DNA from: a virus
Lineage: Duplodnaviria > Heunggongvirae > Uroviricota > Caudoviricetes > Crassvirales
DNA: 26,133 nt
Virus record (IMG/VR): IMGVR_UViG_2974789010_000001
Location: 74,182-100,314 of that record
Direction: 5' to 3' (one strand)
The position numbers and the translations under genes are program-made. Below the pieces are notes generated by a model. The model had not been told where the DNA came from, searched no databases, and saw nothing but the letters and a program-made list of their open reading frames with translations. Of this stretch, positions 25,301-26,133 are shown in pieces. Each line of letters begins with the position of its first letter. Position 1 is the first letter of the stretch.

Positions 25301-26064
25301 AGAACTACCTTGATGCTCAAGGTCTTACAGTAATTCCAAGGGATGTTACTGTTACAGGAACTGTTAAAGTAACTGATACACAAGGTCAGGTACATGAAGT
25401 ACCAGTTGCTGGAACTCTTGACTTACTTGCTTATGATGCTCAAGGTAACTTTCATATCTTTGATATGAAGACTAATAAAAGCGGTATAAGTGAAGAAAAG
25501 AGAAAGAAGTATGCTAAACAAGTCTCAATGTATCAGAAGTTCATTGAAGATAAGTATGGTATTAAGGTAGCCTCACTTAACATTATACCTATTAATGTTA
25601 CCTATCCTGCTCCTGTAGGATTTAGAGATGGAAAGACCAAGTATGAAGTTAGTGAAGGAAACCAACTACTTGCTAATGGTAAAGAGTACAAAGACTCTAA
25701 ACCTATTCTCGAAGAAGTAGGTTCGGTACCATTCACTGATGTAAATATTCAATATGATAAACTTACTGATAGTGAGAAGCAAATGATTACTGATATGTTA
25801 CCAGCAGGTGTAGAGGTTGAGAAGACTGAAATAGTTGAGCCAGAGACTGTAGTTAACAAGAACCTTGGTCTTAAGATGGGTAGAGTTAAGAATAGATTTG
25901 CTAAGCCAGCTAAGAAAGGTAACCTAGTTACTCCATCAGCTAATAACTGGGAGTCAATTAGTGATGATGTTAGGCAAGCTGCTATACAGTTAGGATATAC
26001 CAAGGAATCTTGGAATAGCATGACTGAGGATGAGAAGCAACATCAGAAAGAATGTCTGAGTTAA
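19321..26064 (+). CDS. Giant putative cargo protein with a C-terminal PD-(D/E)xK (RecB/Cas4-like) nuclease domain
   Basis: 2247 aa uninterrupted ORF. Near the C-terminus: YARVTSII...GTSVDEFVRDFF...VAGTLDLLAYDAQGNFHIFDMKT...KQVSMY. A hydrophobic A/G-rich segment lies in the N-terminal quarter. No DxDxD RNA polymerase motif seen. Confidence 0.7.
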   Translation: MEGLEGLKGLTAQDRQNWEKEYSTKIKGLTPDQTERMYRNVKFKEKFGNRPDYNIIKNYTPEQRDSLYNEDLFKMQPLEAEHTDEEQVKAIGKAFEQGQQFQEEATKLDSIYNQWPARGRKALDEFDKIADNVSPYYKRYKNTEYLPFSDEEKYKIAAEYNAAKAAYGEQEANNILRRKMQDTASKNQSVFEKFWNGFKGMGAQTAGALIGTAGMVKGAIDYVGDERNEDIDNAFFDFMDHVIDNSWTRYGNDVMQYGSLFDANIQEAKENGGMSNIPVIRTQAEEQGTILDNLLSVNTIPELINQQGFTIASMLTGAGLSSISSKAFQGAKGLTMAANRAGALTNLEKVNTILKGLQQVQQKTNAFLIPAMVGTVEGVSEGLNTKIQFLDDAKQMIAETQAKAVNDEFNKRLQNPEELSRQGYNPQDAKSMEKLYKDIYDSYAPRYEEAVKKAEVNAAKAGVYNMGLNSMINGALNMTLKAGLQTPSVQEAMRRSRLGRLFTPQDFRVEAGRVVPSYGRIGKVLNVLQEPAGEFTEEYLQSVSDAFSRGGAEYNLQNFITNKYKGDGKDAVDESLANDFFAASRAAGDAMIDKETILSGIYGALASGMGTPTINNRRGPAIRREDESNLSYAMRRSPITYRNPIWEAIQEQKEASEERSTAASIMTDWIQDPANKSKYDGLVGTLNWAKSMDEASGRNDEFDYRNSELGKTINDVMTLEKLRGTDYYNSFMQDLIRTANLEEGSEEAQALVQQFKNAPNNRDIEQDDSQILSTIKKNSNRLLDTMSKIATESESIDKMLGNAADEDTKQALIYGKLSVDSWRERATQLENEISSISINPTTSSSLNDTQRDLLINYGSLGKAHSEYQKLREKIGELETDIANINSRKNLGVKETETLRAKKVALKTLEKQAKAIAKVGETIEGNPVLSETDIMQLNPTDRATILNPENKNKYSEEQQSIIDNVIREGTLQYNDFMDKVQDAGRINLAQQAYLTQYNSILSNPASFNAFVNRIKQQVADDNTKKKYEFLNGVQDYATFVKGLDKAYRESDVRERQVIRNILSENENYKRYLEDNKNLEGMFDQLDSNDKFKELDENDRNVIMTTMQFLVDRGVSPTDVTALAALTAQDENGTPALLNYIDEVNGRLPSDMQLTPASIEEIVQTYNDIIGEHTKNINEVEVVNKPVEVAPTTTEASKPPVQVGIFGQIQQNPEMAADKNLKEDTSAPAKPGIFGDIQSNPDLARGVAPESTTDTPTTDLVDKYKVNSNEEVANSVQTGLSIIDNSSSIYDDVKEQATQIIDELGDSEYETPTDLSEAIMAKANQLQAQVQQGGDNNDKASSLLKQVAAKMKVKSETPTTKVERAETPSTVSEERRNNSMITTADVDRHPQSVVGQASKNFKMNDYLRKGYITPKTPIMFVADPAIIAGVKQEMGEAYNESDHLPIMAVVEDSNGPIIIGDKKYQPIGFMPRTSANSQGAARMEPVRLAGLTQQDGTLLKDKDGKVITTNGYVRANPPEHTKAGTPNTLIHTIMSNDMDAESRAKMNDVNLPIQERQSIYRKFKNSILPNIRRVAQDAKGERIHLAYFTPNMKGGEQEFELYVTTPQNSFSRAGKPMAQVLTEGTPEEILKANSRLHRYGKTLEEFFKKKPFSDNARFKRENGVLVPVGESASKLQTLGESLTKKLSNYITIPKGYEYVLTPTEEMLEGNRMYQLALTNGASTIPLANVTNGTMTDETKAQAIKNLFIDGGNFRYEGTQPFAKWQVNYNDFGAKEGESEDARKARLGNASDIFDDNILESSRTSLKYTIRGIDINSPFKQDGSRTPSPTPVVANQVNATTSKPIDTPVITATDQVKVGNAIVDSESGAVLQGEVRPVSNPAVDKARDIANRIVEDSKSIRLADDNSGYVDEEGRRYARVTSIIQADELAGERFDPNSPWITPSTNIGTSVDEFVRDFFAGEFTGEDGKLLNDYLYDYPNATQAEWRAFANQLVGLKNYLDAQGLTVIPRDVTVTGTVKVTDTQGQVHEVPVAGTLDLLAYDAQGNFHIFDMKTNKSGISEEKRKKYAKQVSMYQKFIEDKYGIKVASLNIIPINVTYPAPVGFRDGKTKYEVSEGNQLLANGKEYKDSKPILEEVGSVPFTDVNIQYDKLTDSEKQMITDMLPAGVEVEKTEIVEPETVVNKNLGLKMGRVKNRFAKPAKKGNLVTPSANNWESISDDVRQAAIQLGYTKESWNSMTEDEKQHQKECLS

Positions 26065-26077
26065 GTATAACTAAGAT

Positions 26078-26126
26078 AAAAAAAAAAGAGCTAGAGGTTA
26101 ATCCCCCTAGCTCTTTTTGTGTTTTA
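26078..26126. terminator. Bidirectional intrinsic terminator closing the structural module
   Basis: Stem AAAAAGAGCTAG 26083-26094 / CTAGCTCTTTTT 26107-26118, with an A10 tract (26078-26087) on the left and TTTTTGTGTTTT on the right, giving U-tracts on both strands. Confidence 0.85.
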
Positions 26127-26133
26127 TTACTTG

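Noticed and set aside
613-26021. All minus-strand ORFs (60-131 aa) and short alternative-frame + ORFs (3063..3266, 17328..17510)
   Set aside because: They lie entirely within long + strand genes and have the S/L/F/I-rich composition expected from antisense or shifted reading of biased codons. No supporting promoters or motifs.
1-26133. Stop-codon reassignment (TAG or TGA recoding known in some Crassvirales)
   Set aside because: Genes up to 2247 aa are uninterrupted in the standard code. TAG (5790, 17909) and TGA (7566, 10001) occur as plausible true stops at gene junctions. Recoding elsewhere in the genome cannot be excluded from this window.
1-26133. CRISPR arrays, tRNA/rRNA genes, IS elements, DGR template/variable repeats, invertible regions
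   Set aside because: No regularly spaced repeats, cloverleaf-sized free intergenic space, transposase, reverse transcriptase or long near-identical repeat pair was seen. Intergenic gaps are short and mostly accounted for by terminators and promoters.

Overview
This is a single-strand, gene-dense virion morphogenesis module of a crAss-like phage (Crassvirales; the gene order resembles the PhiCrAss001/Steigviridae type), with a probable Bacteroidales host. All credible genes lie on the + strand and read through in the standard genetic code. In order: a 5'-truncated DUF5675-like His/Cys peptidase, an acidic scaffold-like protein, the major capsid protein, a conserved hypothetical protein, two paralogous tail ring proteins, an auxiliary capsid protein, two tail-hub proteins, a third ring protein, an HU/IHF-like protein, an inserted free-standing GIY-YIG/NUMOD homing endonuclease, a fourth ring protein, the muzzle/tail-stabilization protein and three putative cargo (ejected) proteins, the largest ending in a RecB/Cas4-like PD-(D/E)xK nuclease domain. 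Three Bacteroidetes-type promoters (TTG-N19-20-TAnnTTTG) and five intrinsic terminator hairpins divide the module. The most notable observations are the repeated FxxGG motifs that delimit modules in the first cargo protein, the nuclease domain on the giant cargo protein, extreme CpG and GATC avoidance, and the insertion geometry of the homing endonuclease. Product names rest on recognised motifs and recalled synteny; no database search was run.
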